Positions 51,275-61,780 are shown, counted from the stretch's first letter. The stretch: 64,000 nt of DNA from Promethearchaeia archaeon (GCA_046483985.1 JAWOCD010000006.1:1-64000), one strand, 5' to 3'. Notes: a model not told the origin generated them from the sequence alone. Made by a program: numbers and translations.

Positions 51275-53130
51275 AGTTTAGAAACAATGAAGACTCGGAT
51301 AAGGAAAAGAGAGGTTTTTTCCAGAGTATTAAAAAGAAATTGAGTAACCGAAATACACTCATTAAAACTATAATCTTGATGGGGATCTTAGTCACATGGT
51401 TTGGTTTAATAATTACTCCTAGTGTGGCATTTGATAACGAGCCAGTACAACTATGGGTGCATTGTCCCAGTTATGAAAAATCTGGAGAGGAATTTGAATT
51501 TACCGTCCAAGCATGGGATTGGTCCGAACGGCTCAGTAAATCATATAAGGGGAAAGTCTCATTTAGTTTAATTTCCTTTGATTTAGATGACCCCAATAAC
51601 GAGTTAGAATCTGTGGATAAAGATCTTCCCGATGATTATCGTTTTGATGGTACTTGGATCAACACTGGCGGATTACCACCCTCATTATTTCTAGGAGATG
51701 TTGGAAAGAAGACTTTTAATATGAAAATCAATACCCCAGGAATCCATTATGTCCAGGTTCAAGATGACCAAGGTTTTGAAGCAATAAGCAGCCCCATCGT
51801 TATTCTCAATGAAGAACCAAAACAAGAGTTATTATGGGGAGACATTCATACACATTCATTTATTAGCGATGGATCTGGTTTACCAGAACAAGTAATGGAA
51901 TTCGCAAGAGATAGCGCCTTATTGGATTTTTATTCTTTGACAGATCATGGAGAAGGGACAGGGTTAAACACGGAAGAACGTGCACAATGGAGAATTGATC
52001 ATAACCAACGGGTAACTGAGGGGTTTAATAAAGAAAATGAATTTGTCTCATTTCAAGGGGTTGAATGGACCACAAATTTTGGTCTTGTCGATAAAGAATA
52101 CGGATATGGGCATTATACATTAGTTTCAGATGCAAACGAACCTATCCGAATAGCTCGCGGTAAACAAACTTCCCCCGAAGAGCTCTGGAACTACTTAGAT
52201 GAATATTGTGAGGAAAATGATGCGCATGTCATCGCCATACCCCACCATCTGACTCAAACCAATTTTGAAATGGACTGGGCAGGAGCAAATGAAAAATATG
52301 TGAAAACTGCTTCAATATTTTCAGTACACGGTGCATCACTTCTCCGGCCGGATCAAGAGGAGAATCATTTAGGCATGGTCCATGTTCATAAAGATTCTCC
52401 AAAGGGAATTTCCGCTGCAGATGCATTAAAGATGGGATTTCGATTCGGCTTAGTAGCTAATTCGGATGGACATGATGGACATCCTGGTCATGCAATCTGT
52501 CATAAGGCGACGCATTATCCTGATCAATATCCAATATTGAGTTGGACACCTCGTTATGGACACCCCTATCCGGGCGGACTTACTGGTGCATGGGTCGAGA
52601 ATTTCAATCGAGATGGCATAATGGAATCCATAAGAAAAGGAAAAGTATGCGCAACACGGGCACCTTATCGCCCCATCGTTAACTTTTCAGTCAACGGAGT
52701 GATGGTGGGAGAGAATGATTCTTTAACCACGGTTCAAAATAATACGAGTGAGCGAAATATTGAATTTCAACTATTTCGGGATGGCTTGGAGTTGGGATGG
52801 GAAGGAAAAGCAAATATGAATGAATGGGAAACCTTGACCGTGGAAATCTGGAAAAATTCTGAGATTTGGAACAGTACTACATCTGAAGATGCAATAATCG
52901 ATTTGAACTTTTCCGATGAGGCACAAATTAACGGCACAGCATATACAGACTATGATATACGAGATGGGAAATATTATATGCACGAACGTGCATTGGAAGA
53001 AGTAGAAAATCCAGATGAATTAAATACAGGCGGAAAAGACTACTATTTTGCAAGGGCGTATAGCGGAGAAGGTACAAAGGATGATTTCTATCTCTGGATT
53101 GGACCTATCTGGGTCGATCCGCTTTCTTAA
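51271..53130 (+). CDS. Membrane-anchored PHP-like metallohydrolase (DUF3604-like)
   Basis: WGDIHTHS..SDG, LTDH, GVEWT, AIPHH, NSDGH and an N-terminal TM helix. The in-frame TTG start at 51271 follows AAGGAGG. Confidence 0.82.
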   Translation: MKFRNNEDSDKEKRGFFQSIKKKLSNRNTLIKTIILMGILVTWFGLIITPSVAFDNEPVQLWVHCPSYEKSGEEFEFTVQAWDWSERLSKSYKGKVSFSLISFDLDDPNNELESVDKDLPDDYRFDGTWINTGGLPPSLFLGDVGKKTFNMKINTPGIHYVQVQDDQGFEAISSPIVILNEEPKQELLWGDIHTHSFISDGSGLPEQVMEFARDSALLDFYSLTDHGEGTGLNTEERAQWRIDHNQRVTEGFNKENEFVSFQGVEWTTNFGLVDKEYGYGHYTLVSDANEPIRIARGKQTSPEELWNYLDEYCEENDAHVIAIPHHLTQTNFEMDWAGANEKYVKTASIFSVHGASLLRPDQEENHLGMVHVHKDSPKGISAADALKMGFRFGLVANSDGHDGHPGHAICHKATHYPDQYPILSWTPRYGHPYPGGLTGAWVENFNRDGIMESIRKGKVCATRAPYRPIVNFSVNGVMVGENDSLTTVQNNTSERNIEFQLFRDGLELGWEGKANMNEWETLTVEIWKNSEIWNSTTSEDAIIDLNFSDEAQINGTAYTDYDIRDGKYYMHERALEEVENPDELNTGGKDYYFARAYSGEGTKDDFYLWIGPIWVDPLS

Positions 53131-53250
53131 AAGCATTAATTATCTTACTTTTTTTTTTATTAAAGCTGATTATTACTGATAAAAATCCTTTAAAGTGAAA
53201 ATAGAGCATATATGCCAGAAATCACTTAAATTTGAAAAAAAGAAAAAAAG

Positions 53251-54459
53251 TTATTGATACCGATTATCCAATTTCTTAACTGCATTAATTGTCAATTGTA
53301 AACCGTTTCGTAAGCCCTCTTTAGTTACCAGTTTCAGAGTATCTTTTGGAGTATGTACATACGATACTCCCTCTTGAGAAGCTAACCAACATGCTTTAAA
53401 TCCCTTTTTTACCATCGGCATGAAATCAGACCATGCTCCTGTAGGGAGATAAATGTCCCGAAGGGGGATTTCTAAATCCTCCGCTGTTTCAGTAAATAGT
53501 CGATTAAGTTCCTTGGAAGAGGTTTTTCGCGGAATACCATAACTTGTAATTAACCGAATAAAACCACTCCCGCCTATCCCATCATAATTGATAAAGTAAG
53601 TGGTATCTCTATTAAAATCATCTGCATGCCGCTGAATAAAATCTTTAGCCCCTCCTAGATTCAGTTCTTCCGAACTGGTTGATAAAAAAATGCAACTTAA
53701 GTTAGCAAGTGGATTACTCTTATAATATCTTGCCAATTCTATAACTGTTCCTACGCTGGCTGCATTATCAAAAGCTCCGGGCGAATTATTTCCCGTTTTA
53801 TTAAAATAATTCAATAACCCAATGATTGATAGAACGATACAGATAATCAATAAAGTGTGGTTTAACATAGGATTCTCAAACGGGAAAAAAATTTTCAAGA
53901 TACTTAAGATAAGCAGAACTAATAAAAGTGCAAAACTTCCCACAGCTGCGATGACAAGAATTAAGATCCGTACTGCGGAGGGAAATGTTTGACTTTTGGA
54001 GTCCCAATGTGCCATAAAAATGACGGTTCCTTTAGGATCTTTATTTTCTAAAACCGTATAGAAATTTTCGGTTTCAAAATTATTTTCCTCGTTTTTGGAA
54101 AGTGTGATCGTTGAGGAGTCCATAAAAATAAGAACCCTCATTAGGATTAATACGGTAATCCCAATAAAAATCAAGGTCACCCAATGGTTAAAATAAAATG
54201 AAAGGGTTGTAAGAATAAGAAGAGCCGCAATTGGAATAAAAATATAGCGCGCAAGAATCCAATTAAATAATGAAGTCTTAAATTGTTCTCTTTCAACTTT
54301 ATTATATCCTGCTTTCTTAAACTCATCAAAGACTACTTTTTTGGCTTTTTTTTCCCCGTCCGATCCGACTAATCGAGGAAACGATAATCGTTCTGTGATT
54401 CTATAAGCATTTTCTTCATTTATTGACATTTCAAATTCACTTTTGTTTGTTAAAATCAC
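53251..54459 (-). CDS. Membrane M28 family metallopeptidase
   Basis: AHWDS, GAFDNAA, SEE, NYD, HTPKD and TM segments. Confidence 0.88.
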   Translation of the reverse strand: MILTNKSEFEMSINEENAYRITERLSFPRLVGSDGEKKAKKVVFDEFKKAGYNKVEREQFKTSLFNWILARYIFIPIAALLILTTLSFYFNHWVTLIFIGITVLILMRVLIFMDSSTITLSKNEENNFETENFYTVLENKDPKGTVIFMAHWDSKSQTFPSAVRILILVIAAVGSFALLLVLLILSILKIFFPFENPMLNHTLLIICIVLSIIGLLNYFNKTGNNSPGAFDNAASVGTVIELARYYKSNPLANLSCIFLSTSSEELNLGGAKDFIQRHADDFNRDTTYFINYDGIGGSGFIRLITSYGIPRKTSSKELNRLFTETAEDLEIPLRDIYLPTGAWSDFMPMVKKGFKACWLASQEGVSYVHTPKDTLKLVTKEGLRNGLQLTINAVKKLDNRYQ

Positions 54460-54542
54460 TTTCAGCGCAACTTACGGCTAAAAATTAATAGATTAAAGAT
54501 TAGTCTATAATTCAATTTTGCTATAGGACATTTAAAATTTTC

Positions 54543-55409
54543 TTATCCTTCCTCTTTACTTTTTTCAATTTCAATCATTTTTTTGGCTACATAGTCCTTA
54601 GAGATTAATTCTAAGGCTTCGATAACATGCCAAAGTCGAGGGATAAAGATTTCTTTTTTATATTTACGTGATGCTTTCAAAGTTTGTGACGCGACATCTT
54701 CGGGCTCCACTAATTTATAGAGGCCTCCTTTATCCTCATAAAGTTCAACCCATTCTGCAGTGTCTGGATCTCCTTCCCAAAAGTTAGTTTTGACTGGCGC
54801 GGGACACAGAGTAATGACTTGAATATTATGACCTTTCATTTTATATTCTCTTCTTAGTGAGTCTGCTAAGCCAACAACGGCATGTTTACTTGCTGTATAA
54901 GCTGCCATATTAGGGATTCCAGTTTTTCCTCCAGAACTTGAAGTAAATATTAATTGTCCTTCTCTTCGGTCTGGAGCCCCATCAGTAGGGGCTGGGCGTC
55001 CAATATAAGGTCGTGCAGCTTGAAGAACTAGCCAAATACCATCAATATTTATGGACATAATTTTTCGATACTCTTCGAAGGTACCCCCATTTGTTAGAGA
55101 ACACATTGAGCCGACTCCGGCATTATTATGCAAAATATCAATATATTTTTCTTTTTTGCCGATCCTTTCTATCACGCTCTCTACTTGGCTTTGATTAGTC
55201 ACATCCATTTCCATGGTTTCAACATAATGTGCTCCTAAGTCCCTTAATTCATTTGCTAATTTGACTAATTTAGGATTTGGAAGATCCAATAGATACATCC
55301 GCATTCCTAATCTGGCAAATTCGCGACAGACAGCGCTACCAATATCACCGCTTGCCCCTGTTATTACAAAAACCTTATCTTCATACCAATCCTTTTTCAA
55401 AATCATCAC
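54543..55409 (-). CDS. Short-chain dehydrogenase/reductase
   Basis: TGASGDIG, NNAG, YTASK. Confidence 0.93.
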   Translation of the reverse strand: MMILKKDWYEDKVFVITGASGDIGSAVCREFARLGMRMYLLDLPNPKLVKLANELRDLGAHYVETMEMDVTNQSQVESVIERIGKKEKYIDILHNNAGVGSMCSLTNGGTFEEYRKIMSINIDGIWLVLQAARPYIGRPAPTDGAPDRREGQLIFTSSSGGKTGIPNMAAYTASKHAVVGLADSLRREYKMKGHNIQVITLCPAPVKTNFWEGDPDTAEWVELYEDKGGLYKLVEPEDVASQTLKASRKYKKEIFIPRLWHVIEALELISKDYVAKKMIEIEKSKEEG

Positions 55410-55541
55410 CCAACTATCTAATTCTATCCTTAAAGGATAGTTTACAAATTTGTAAATAGGTAATAAATTTTATCTTTATCAAAAAGTAGTATAGGCGAGT
55501 AGTCAATGTGAGAAATCTTACCTTCAGAATCTCCCAAAAAA

Positions 55542-55890
55542 TTGAAGTCCCCCCTCTCTAAAGGAAGGGAATTCCTACGATTCCACTAAGCGTTCGCTGG
55601 TGGGCATATCTTGGGGGGTATGTCGTAGAAAATCCTTTCCATCTATCCAAAAAGGACTCCTTCTTCAAAGAGAGTTGATGCGAGAGGTCAGCAGACATAA
55701 GAAACTTGCCTAGGATGTTAATGGCTGAATTCAAGTCCCGATCCATCTTATGACCACACTCGCGAGTAATAATGCGTTCGGACTATTCCCGCTTGACTCG
55801 TTTCCCGCAGTTCGCACATGTTTGCGTTGTATAGGATTCATCAATTTTTATCCCTTTTTTACCTATTTTCCGTGCCTTATAGTCAGAGAG
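55542..55890 (-). mobile_element. tnpB: IS200/IS605 tnpB 3' remnant (pseudogene) with right end and omega-RNA region
   Basis: Reads DYKARKIG...DESYTTQTCANCG...*SERIITRECGHKMDRDLNSAINI, with an in-frame TAG at 55783-55785. Terminal hairpin ends in TTCAA at 55542. Confidence 0.88.
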
Positions 55891-55891
55891 T

Positions 55892-56428
55892 TTAAGTCAG
55901 ATTAATACTATCTTTATTATTTTGATTGACTTCCTTCACATAGTCAGGGGTATAGGTCGTTTTTAATAAATTTGCATTCCCTTTGGCAATTAGGGTTTCC
56001 TCCATATTTCTTATTTCTACGACTGTATGGACAACATTACGGCCCTCTCTGACCATTTCCGCAATAACTTTTACACTTTCTCCGATCCTCACCTTTCCGA
56101 GATAATCCACATGGAAGTCTAACGTAATTAAAAATCCTTCATAACCAAGAGTAGCGGTCATCATTCCAATAGTATCATCCATCATTCCACATTGCATTCC
56201 TCCATGCAGTAAGTTAGTTGGATTGCCCATCTCATGGCGAACTTCAAATTCAAGTTCAATATATCCTCGTTCTGCTTTAATCATTTTTCCATTTAACCAT
56301 TTTGTAAACGGTGGAATCATTTTCAAGTCAAATTCTCCCATACGCTTCCCTTTGATTGAATTGAAAAGTTTAACCATACGTTGGGAGCGTTTTTTAATTT
56401 GCTTTTTTTCCTTTTCATTAGGTATCAT
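55892..56428 (-). CDS. PaaI family thioesterase
   Basis: NPTNLLHGG...DDTIG hotdog-fold motif. Confidence 0.9.
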   Translation of the reverse strand: MIPNEKEKKQIKKRSQRMVKLFNSIKGKRMGEFDLKMIPPFTKWLNGKMIKAERGYIELEFEVRHEMGNPTNLLHGGMQCGMMDDTIGMMTATLGYEGFLITLDFHVDYLGKVRIGESVKVIAEMVREGRNVVHTVVEIRNMEETLIAKGNANLLKTTYTPDYVKEVNQNNKDSINLT

Positions 56429-56441
56429 TATATGATCTGGT

Positions 56442-56703
56442 TTACTTTAATTGTTTTTTAAAATTATTATTATTAATCTTTAAGAGAGATGTATACCATT
56501 CTAAATACAATCTCTCCTCCACCTTTTTCAGAAATTGACGAATAGATAATATTCCTAAATCAGAGATAATCCCCGAGAGATATTCCGGCGGAGTTTTGTC
56601 AAAATAAAAATTATGAATTTTTAAATTTTGAATTTTTGGATTAAAAACCTCATTTTTATCCCTTTTTTCGATGAGAACTTCCCTATCGAAATGACTTTTT
56701 AAA
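56442..56703 (-). pseudogene. C-terminal part of the IS-interrupted eIF2B-family gene
   Basis: Reads KSHFDREVLIEKRDKNEV...NFYFDKTPPEYLSGIISDLG...LK*, in frame with 59542-58842 once the IS is removed. Confidence 0.92.
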
Positions 56704-58841
56704 CTTAACTTCCAAAGTAATTAAATTTAATCATGAAAAATATTAAACTTTTTCCTTCTCTTCTTGTTTTCCTACACATTTAGACGTGTCTTGGACCCAG
56801 AAATGTCCATATTCCATTCTTTTATTCCGTCATGATTTTGTCGCTTTGTGGCTGTAGGCTTAAAACTCTCCTTTGTAGGATGAAGTAATTCTTATTTCTT
56901 CCTCAATCTAAAGAAGTTTAAGATCCTAAGACTTATATATAGGTTAGTCCTACATTTATACATGAAATACTTTTTACACAAAAACAGGACAAAATATGGA
57001 ATTTACTACTCTTACCGGCATAATTACAGGGAAGGAGATAAAGTAAAGACCAAGTCGGTTTATTTAGGAAACGAAAAAACCGCTTTAGAGATATTATCTG
57101 ATTTTAATTCGGAAAAGCCCCAAAATGAGCGCCTTTTGTCTTATTCGGGCGAGTTAATCCTCTCCAGGGTGCTTGAATTGCTTAACTTTCGGAAGGTGTT
57201 GGATGAAACAAGTGAGGCAGAGGCGGAATGGGAGATCGGACGCTTCCTCGAGATGGTCGTCGTCGAGCGCGTCTTGAATGCGTATAGCAAGTGGCGACTG
57301 GCAAGGGTAGCCCACAGCAAGTCATTTTATTCGCTGGATAAGAACATCCCCGCCGAGAAATTCACGGAAGATAACATCTACAATTATATGGATTACATCC
57401 ATCCGGGGCTCGACTTGATGAAGGAAAAACTCGTGAAAAACTTGCTTGAGCTGAATTTCGTGGAATTAGACGAGTTAATCTTGGATGGGACCTCGTTGTA
57501 CTGTTTCAGTTCCGATGAGGAGGATGAGGTGCTTGAACCCGGAGAAAGCCCCGAAGAATCGTCGGAGCCGCTGAGGCGGACGCACGGCTACAGCCGCGAC
57601 CATCGCCCGGATCTCCCGCAGATCAACTTGATGCTGGGCGTGAGTAATCAGTATCTGCCGCTATTGTTCGAAACCTTTTCGGGGAATGTTCCCGATGTGG
57701 TCATGTTTGAAAAGGTCCTTGAGAAGTGTCAAGATACCTATCAAGCCCTTTTAAAACGCGTACGGAATAAGTACGTGGTGTTTGACAAGGGAAATAATAG
57801 CAAAGACAATTTCAAGGGCTTGGATGAGCTCTGTACTCGGTGGGGGTTCCACTTTGTTACCAGCGTCCGTCCCAGTATGACCAAGATCAAGAATGCCCTG
57901 AAACCCCTCAACGTGGAGGACTTGCCGGTCATTTATAAGCAGCGAAGGACTACCTTGAGAGGAAAAACGGTAATGTTAGAGTTGTATGGAGAAAAGAGGA
58001 GGGCATTGCTGTACGTGAATGAAGAGATAAGGGAAAAGAAGCGGCAAGCGTATATGGAAAAACTGAACGGAATCCAAGAGGAAATCAGGAAAATCAACCA
58101 AGAGAAAAAGAGTGTAAAGGAGAAATCGGAATTGGTGGAAGATTTACTCCGAAAAAACCGAGTATTGACCTATTTCAAGCAAGAAGAAGATGGGGGGGAG
58201 ATCCATTGTGTGCCCATCGACTCGAAGGTTGCGGACAAGATGGGCTTGTTCGGGAAATTTGCCTTGATCACGGACGATTTCACGCTGGATGCGGAGGATA
58301 TGGCCCGCATCTATAAGAGGTCCATCGTGGTGGAGCACGAATTTCACCTTTTAAAGAGCTTGCTCTCCATTCGCCCCTTCAATCATCGGAAGCCCGAAAG
58401 GATCGACGTCCACGTGGCGATAGTGCTGTGGGGGATCATGGCGCTGGCACTCTTGAGGGTGATGCTCGACGACCACGGTATGGAGCTTAGCTTTGAGCGA
58501 TTAAGGGAATTGATCGGGGACGGCTGCATTTCCATCGGGGATTACTTGTATCCTGAGCGCAAGTCCTTTCGGATCAAGCGAACGTTGAATATCCATTCTG
58601 AACTCCAAGAAATCTTGAACGTCCTAAACTTAGAATGGGATTACTTTGATATCGATGTTATACCTACGGTTGAGGAAAAAAAGGACGGGGGAAAATGACC
58701 TCGAGGTGGTTTTGAGGAAATAAAATAAAGTAGGGTCGGAAAACCAATTATCTCCATCTATCGATGATGGAAATTGGCTTGGGATATTGCCAAGAGTCTG
58801 AACTCTAAACAAGAAAATATTTACCCACTTTGGAAGTTAAG
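56704..58841 (+). mobile_element. IS1634-family insertion sequence (2138 bp)
   Basis: 15-bp perfect TIR CTTAACTTCCAAAGT (56704-56718 / 58827-58841). 6-bp TSD TTTAAA (56698-56703, 58842-58847). Confidence 0.93.
56962..58698 (+). CDS. IS1634 family DDE transposase
   Basis: LDGTS, HGYSRDHRPDLPQI, GNVPD, VFDKG, YKRSIVVEHEFHLLK, RPFNH. Visibly GC-richer than the host genes. Confidence 0.93.
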   Translation: MKYFLHKNRTKYGIYYSYRHNYREGDKVKTKSVYLGNEKTALEILSDFNSEKPQNERLLSYSGELILSRVLELLNFRKVLDETSEAEAEWEIGRFLEMVVVERVLNAYSKWRLARVAHSKSFYSLDKNIPAEKFTEDNIYNYMDYIHPGLDLMKEKLVKNLLELNFVELDELILDGTSLYCFSSDEEDEVLEPGESPEESSEPLRRTHGYSRDHRPDLPQINLMLGVSNQYLPLLFETFSGNVPDVVMFEKVLEKCQDTYQALLKRVRNKYVVFDKGNNSKDNFKGLDELCTRWGFHFVTSVRPSMTKIKNALKPLNVEDLPVIYKQRRTTLRGKTVMLELYGEKRRALLYVNEEIREKKRQAYMEKLNGIQEEIRKINQEKKSVKEKSELVEDLLRKNRVLTYFKQEEDGGEIHCVPIDSKVADKMGLFGKFALITDDFTLDAEDMARIYKRSIVVEHEFHLLKSLLSIRPFNHRKPERIDVHVAIVLWGIMALALLRVMLDDHGMELSFERLRELIGDGCISIGDYLYPERKSFRIKRTLNIHSELQEILNVLNLEWDYFDIDVIPTVEEKKDGGK

Positions 58842-59542
58842 TTTAAATTATATTTCAAGGAATTTCCAACAGCATAAATATCCACATCGTTCTCATGGGA
58901 AAGAACAGCGAGCGGATACGTACCAATCTTATTAATAAGAGTTCCATCTTTAAGGATACTGTCAATTCCTACCAAGACCACATCCATTGATTCGATAAAG
59001 TAACCAAAAGCGGCGTCAATAATTAAATTTGTTTCGAAAAAAGATGATAATTCTTTAGCTGTTCTGCGTCCCTCAAACATGGGGCGAGACTCTAAAACGT
59101 ATAATTCAATATTTTTACTCCTGACCTTCTTTAAAACTCGAATGATGGTGGAGCTATAGGAAATAAGCATGACTTTAGTGGGTCCTTTGGAACCATAAAA
59201 ATCACGTATAAATTTTAGAAAATTCTTTTCGATGTCTTGAGTTATTGTATTTTTAACTTCTTGGAAATGTTTTATATTATTTAAAATTCTTTTTTTGGTG
59301 ATATTATTGGAATCTCCAATCAAAAATCCAAAAACATTAAGTAAAGGGGCCATACTCGGGCGTGTATCGATAATAGATTTTGCTAAATGAAGAAAGGGAA
59401 CTGTTATAGTTTTATGTTCATCATCTATTGAATTTAAATATGTATAAACGATATCAAGGGCCATTTCTATAAATTCATTTGCGCCAGATTCATTATCCTT
59501 TCTTAATCTCTCTAATGACTTTTCAATTATATTAGAAATCAT
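58842..59542 (-). pseudogene. N-terminal part of an eIF2B alpha/beta/delta-family gene, IS-interrupted
   Basis: TRPSMAPL, ISYSST, ESRPMFEG, VGIDSI, NKIGTYPLA. The last ~11 aa of the track ORF come from the IS end. Confidence 0.9.
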
Positions 59543-59545
59543 GTT

Positions 59546-59713
59546 TCACCCACTTTTGAATTTTTCTTCATATTTTTTGCATTTTTGATAATACAGATTA
59601 CAGCGTGGAGCTTTTTCTGCACTGCTGCATATATCTGAATTGGGACATTTAACATTCTTTTTTTCGAGTTGAATTTTAACACGATGCAATCTTTTTTTGA
59701 CATCTTCTCTCAT
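59546..59713 (-). CDS. Small basic four-Cys protein (not in the ORF track)
   Basis: MREDVKKRLHRVKIQLEKKNVKCPNSDICSSAEKAPRCNLYYQKCKKYEEKFKSG*. Its stop (GGGTGA) doubles as the RBS 3 nt before the next ATG. Confidence 0.7.
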   Translation of the reverse strand: MREDVKKRLHRVKIQLEKKNVKCPNSDICSSAEKAPRCNLYYQKCKKYEEKFKSG

Positions 59714-59770
59714 AATACATTTTAGATAAGATTTTATTTAATTTGAAAATTTTATTTATAATATTGGAAT

Positions 59771-61207
59771 ATGAATTCAAAAAGAAAGCAGTTGGAAGAG
59801 ATAAAGGATATATCCTTTCTGAATAAGATTAAAAATATTGCAATAATAGGTCCGTCAAAGAAAAGAGATTTTTTCTTTGTTAAAAACCACCAGGAAAACT
59901 TTAAAGGGGAAAACCTTTATGTTGTTCATCCATCCGTGCAACATATCCCAAATTTTGATGACGATAACATATACCGCTCCGTGTTAGATATTCCAACCGA
60001 AGTTGATTTTGTATTTATTGCGGTACCTCCCAAACATGTAATCACTGTAATAGAAGAATGTGCAAAGAAAGAAGTAAATTTAGCCAGTATATTTACCGCC
60101 GAATTTTCCGATGCAGGAACAGAGGAAGGTAAAACCTTAGAGAGGAAATTACTGGAAAGAGCTAATGATCAAATAAGGATCTTAGGGCCTAATGGTATGG
60201 GGCTTTATTATCCCAAACTAGGAATTGCTTGGCGTCCACATTTTCCCAACAAGTCAGGAAAAATTGGATTTATTGCACAATCTGGTGGAATCTGCAACAT
60301 TTCAATTTATATGGGATCTGAGATTAGGTTGTATTTTTCGAAAGTCTTTTCGTTTGGGAATGGAGCAGACTTAGATTTTGTAGATCTTCTTTATTTTTTA
60401 AGCAATGACACCGAAACGGATATTATCATATGCTATCTCGAAGGAATTGATAAAGGGCGTGGAAGAATTTTAAAAAAGGTTTTAAAACAAAATAAAAAAC
60501 CAGTCATAATACTTAAAGGAGGGAAAAGTACAAAAGGAAGTCAAGCAGCAAGGACGCATACTGGTTCAGTGACAGGAACACATACAATATGGGAAGCTGC
60601 GTTCAGACAATTTGGAGTGATCAGTGTGGAATCACTTGAACAACTTCTGAATACAGCTAGAATCATAAAGAATTACGGAACATTTCATTTAGAAGATTTA
60701 GCAGTTTTTAGTATAAGTGGAGGGTACGGGGTTATTTTAGTTGATTTAATCGAAAAATATGGGATGGAAGTGCCTCCGTTTAGTCCTAAGATTCAAGAAA
60801 AATTAAAAGAGAAATTTTTTACGTTGGGAACCAGTTCGAAAAATCCTCTAGATGTCTCCGCTCAAGTTTATTACAGTGATGTAATGCATGATATAATTGA
60901 CATCGCTCTGTCAGATCCTAAAATAGATGGACTTATCATGGATTTGCCCAGTTGGTATTTTAATATGGATTATCATCTCAAGAAAGATGAGTCATTTGAA
61001 CCGAATATGATCGAAAACCTCACCTTAGGACATAAATACAACAAACCTCTTTTTCCAATAATTCAGAGGGTTAATTGTCCAGAAGACAGAAGACGTGTTA
61101 CTAAAAAATTAGCTGCTAATAATGTTCCCGTATTTGGCGAGCCACTTGAATTTATTCCGGTCCTAGAAAAAATTAATGATATTCAGAGAAAATCCCGCAA
61201 GCGATAG
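59771..61207 (+). CDS. ADP-forming acyl-CoA synthetase alpha subunit (CoA-binding)
   Basis: ILGPNGMG, AQSGG, SFGNGADL, YLEG, ARTHTGS (phospho-His), SISGG, NPLD. Confidence 0.9.
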   Translation: MNSKRKQLEEIKDISFLNKIKNIAIIGPSKKRDFFFVKNHQENFKGENLYVVHPSVQHIPNFDDDNIYRSVLDIPTEVDFVFIAVPPKHVITVIEECAKKEVNLASIFTAEFSDAGTEEGKTLERKLLERANDQIRILGPNGMGLYYPKLGIAWRPHFPNKSGKIGFIAQSGGICNISIYMGSEIRLYFSKVFSFGNGADLDFVDLLYFLSNDTETDIIICYLEGIDKGRGRILKKVLKQNKKPVIILKGGKSTKGSQAARTHTGSVTGTHTIWEAAFRQFGVISVESLEQLLNTARIIKNYGTFHLEDLAVFSISGGYGVILVDLIEKYGMEVPPFSPKIQEKLKEKFFTLGTSSKNPLDVSAQVYYSDVMHDIIDIALSDPKIDGLIMDLPSWYFNMDYHLKKDESFEPNMIENLTLGHKYNKPLFPIIQRVNCPEDRRRVTKKLAANNVPVFGEPLEFIPVLEKINDIQRKSRKR

Positions 61208-61765
61208 GTGAAATTCATAATGGGAAAGTTCTATGTTTCAATGTCCAAATTTCTCTCCTACATGTTAAGACACCATCCCGAGAAATTTAATATTCAGTTA
61301 GACACCCACGGATATGCAGATTTAGAGAAAGTTCTTAAAGTTTTAAATGATAGGTATGAAAAAAGAAACATTACCAAGGAAACCATCGAAGAGATGATAA
61401 AAAGATCCAATAAGAAACGGTTCGAAGTTGAAGAACAGCAAATCCGTGCATATTATGGTCATAGTGTCGATAAGAAAATTGAAATGCAAAAAGCAGAAAA
61501 TTTACCGAATAATTTATACCATGGCACAACTCCAAAAGCGTATAAAAACATTCAAAAGTCTGGTTTACGAAAAAAGAATCGCCAGTATGTGCATTTATCT
61601 AAAAACTTGAAAACGGGCATTAACGTTGGAAAAAGAAGGACGGATACTCCTGTGATACTGAAAATAAAGGTGCAAGAGGCAAAAGATGAAGGTATTATTT
61701 TCTATCGCTCGGGAGATATATATTTGGCGAACTACATTCCACCTAAATTTCTAGAAAGAGTGTAA
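61208..61765 (+). CDS. kptA: RNA 2'-phosphotransferase (Tpt1/KptA)
   Basis: LSYMLRH, KKRF, IRAYYGHS, LYHGT, RQYVHLS, VGKRR. Confidence 0.95.
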   Translation: MKFIMGKFYVSMSKFLSYMLRHHPEKFNIQLDTHGYADLEKVLKVLNDRYEKRNITKETIEEMIKRSNKKRFEVEEQQIRAYYGHSVDKKIEMQKAENLPNNLYHGTTPKAYKNIQKSGLRKKNRQYVHLSKNLKTGINVGKRRTDTPVILKIKVQEAKDEGIIFYRSGDIYLANYIPPKFLERV

Positions 61766-61780
61766 AATAAAGAATTATTT

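Noticed and set aside
55783-55785. In-frame TAG as possible pyrrolysine or readthrough
   Set aside because: It lies in a 5'-truncated tnpB with other damage, so it is ordinary pseudogenisation.
58805-58841. C-terminus LTSKVGKYFLV of the 245-aa track ORF
   Set aside because: It is read-through into the IS1634 end; the true C-terminus is at 56442-56703.
12634-61765. ADP-ribosylglycohydrolase plus Tpt1 as a writer/eraser system
   Set aside because: They are about 48 kb apart with no linkage evidence.
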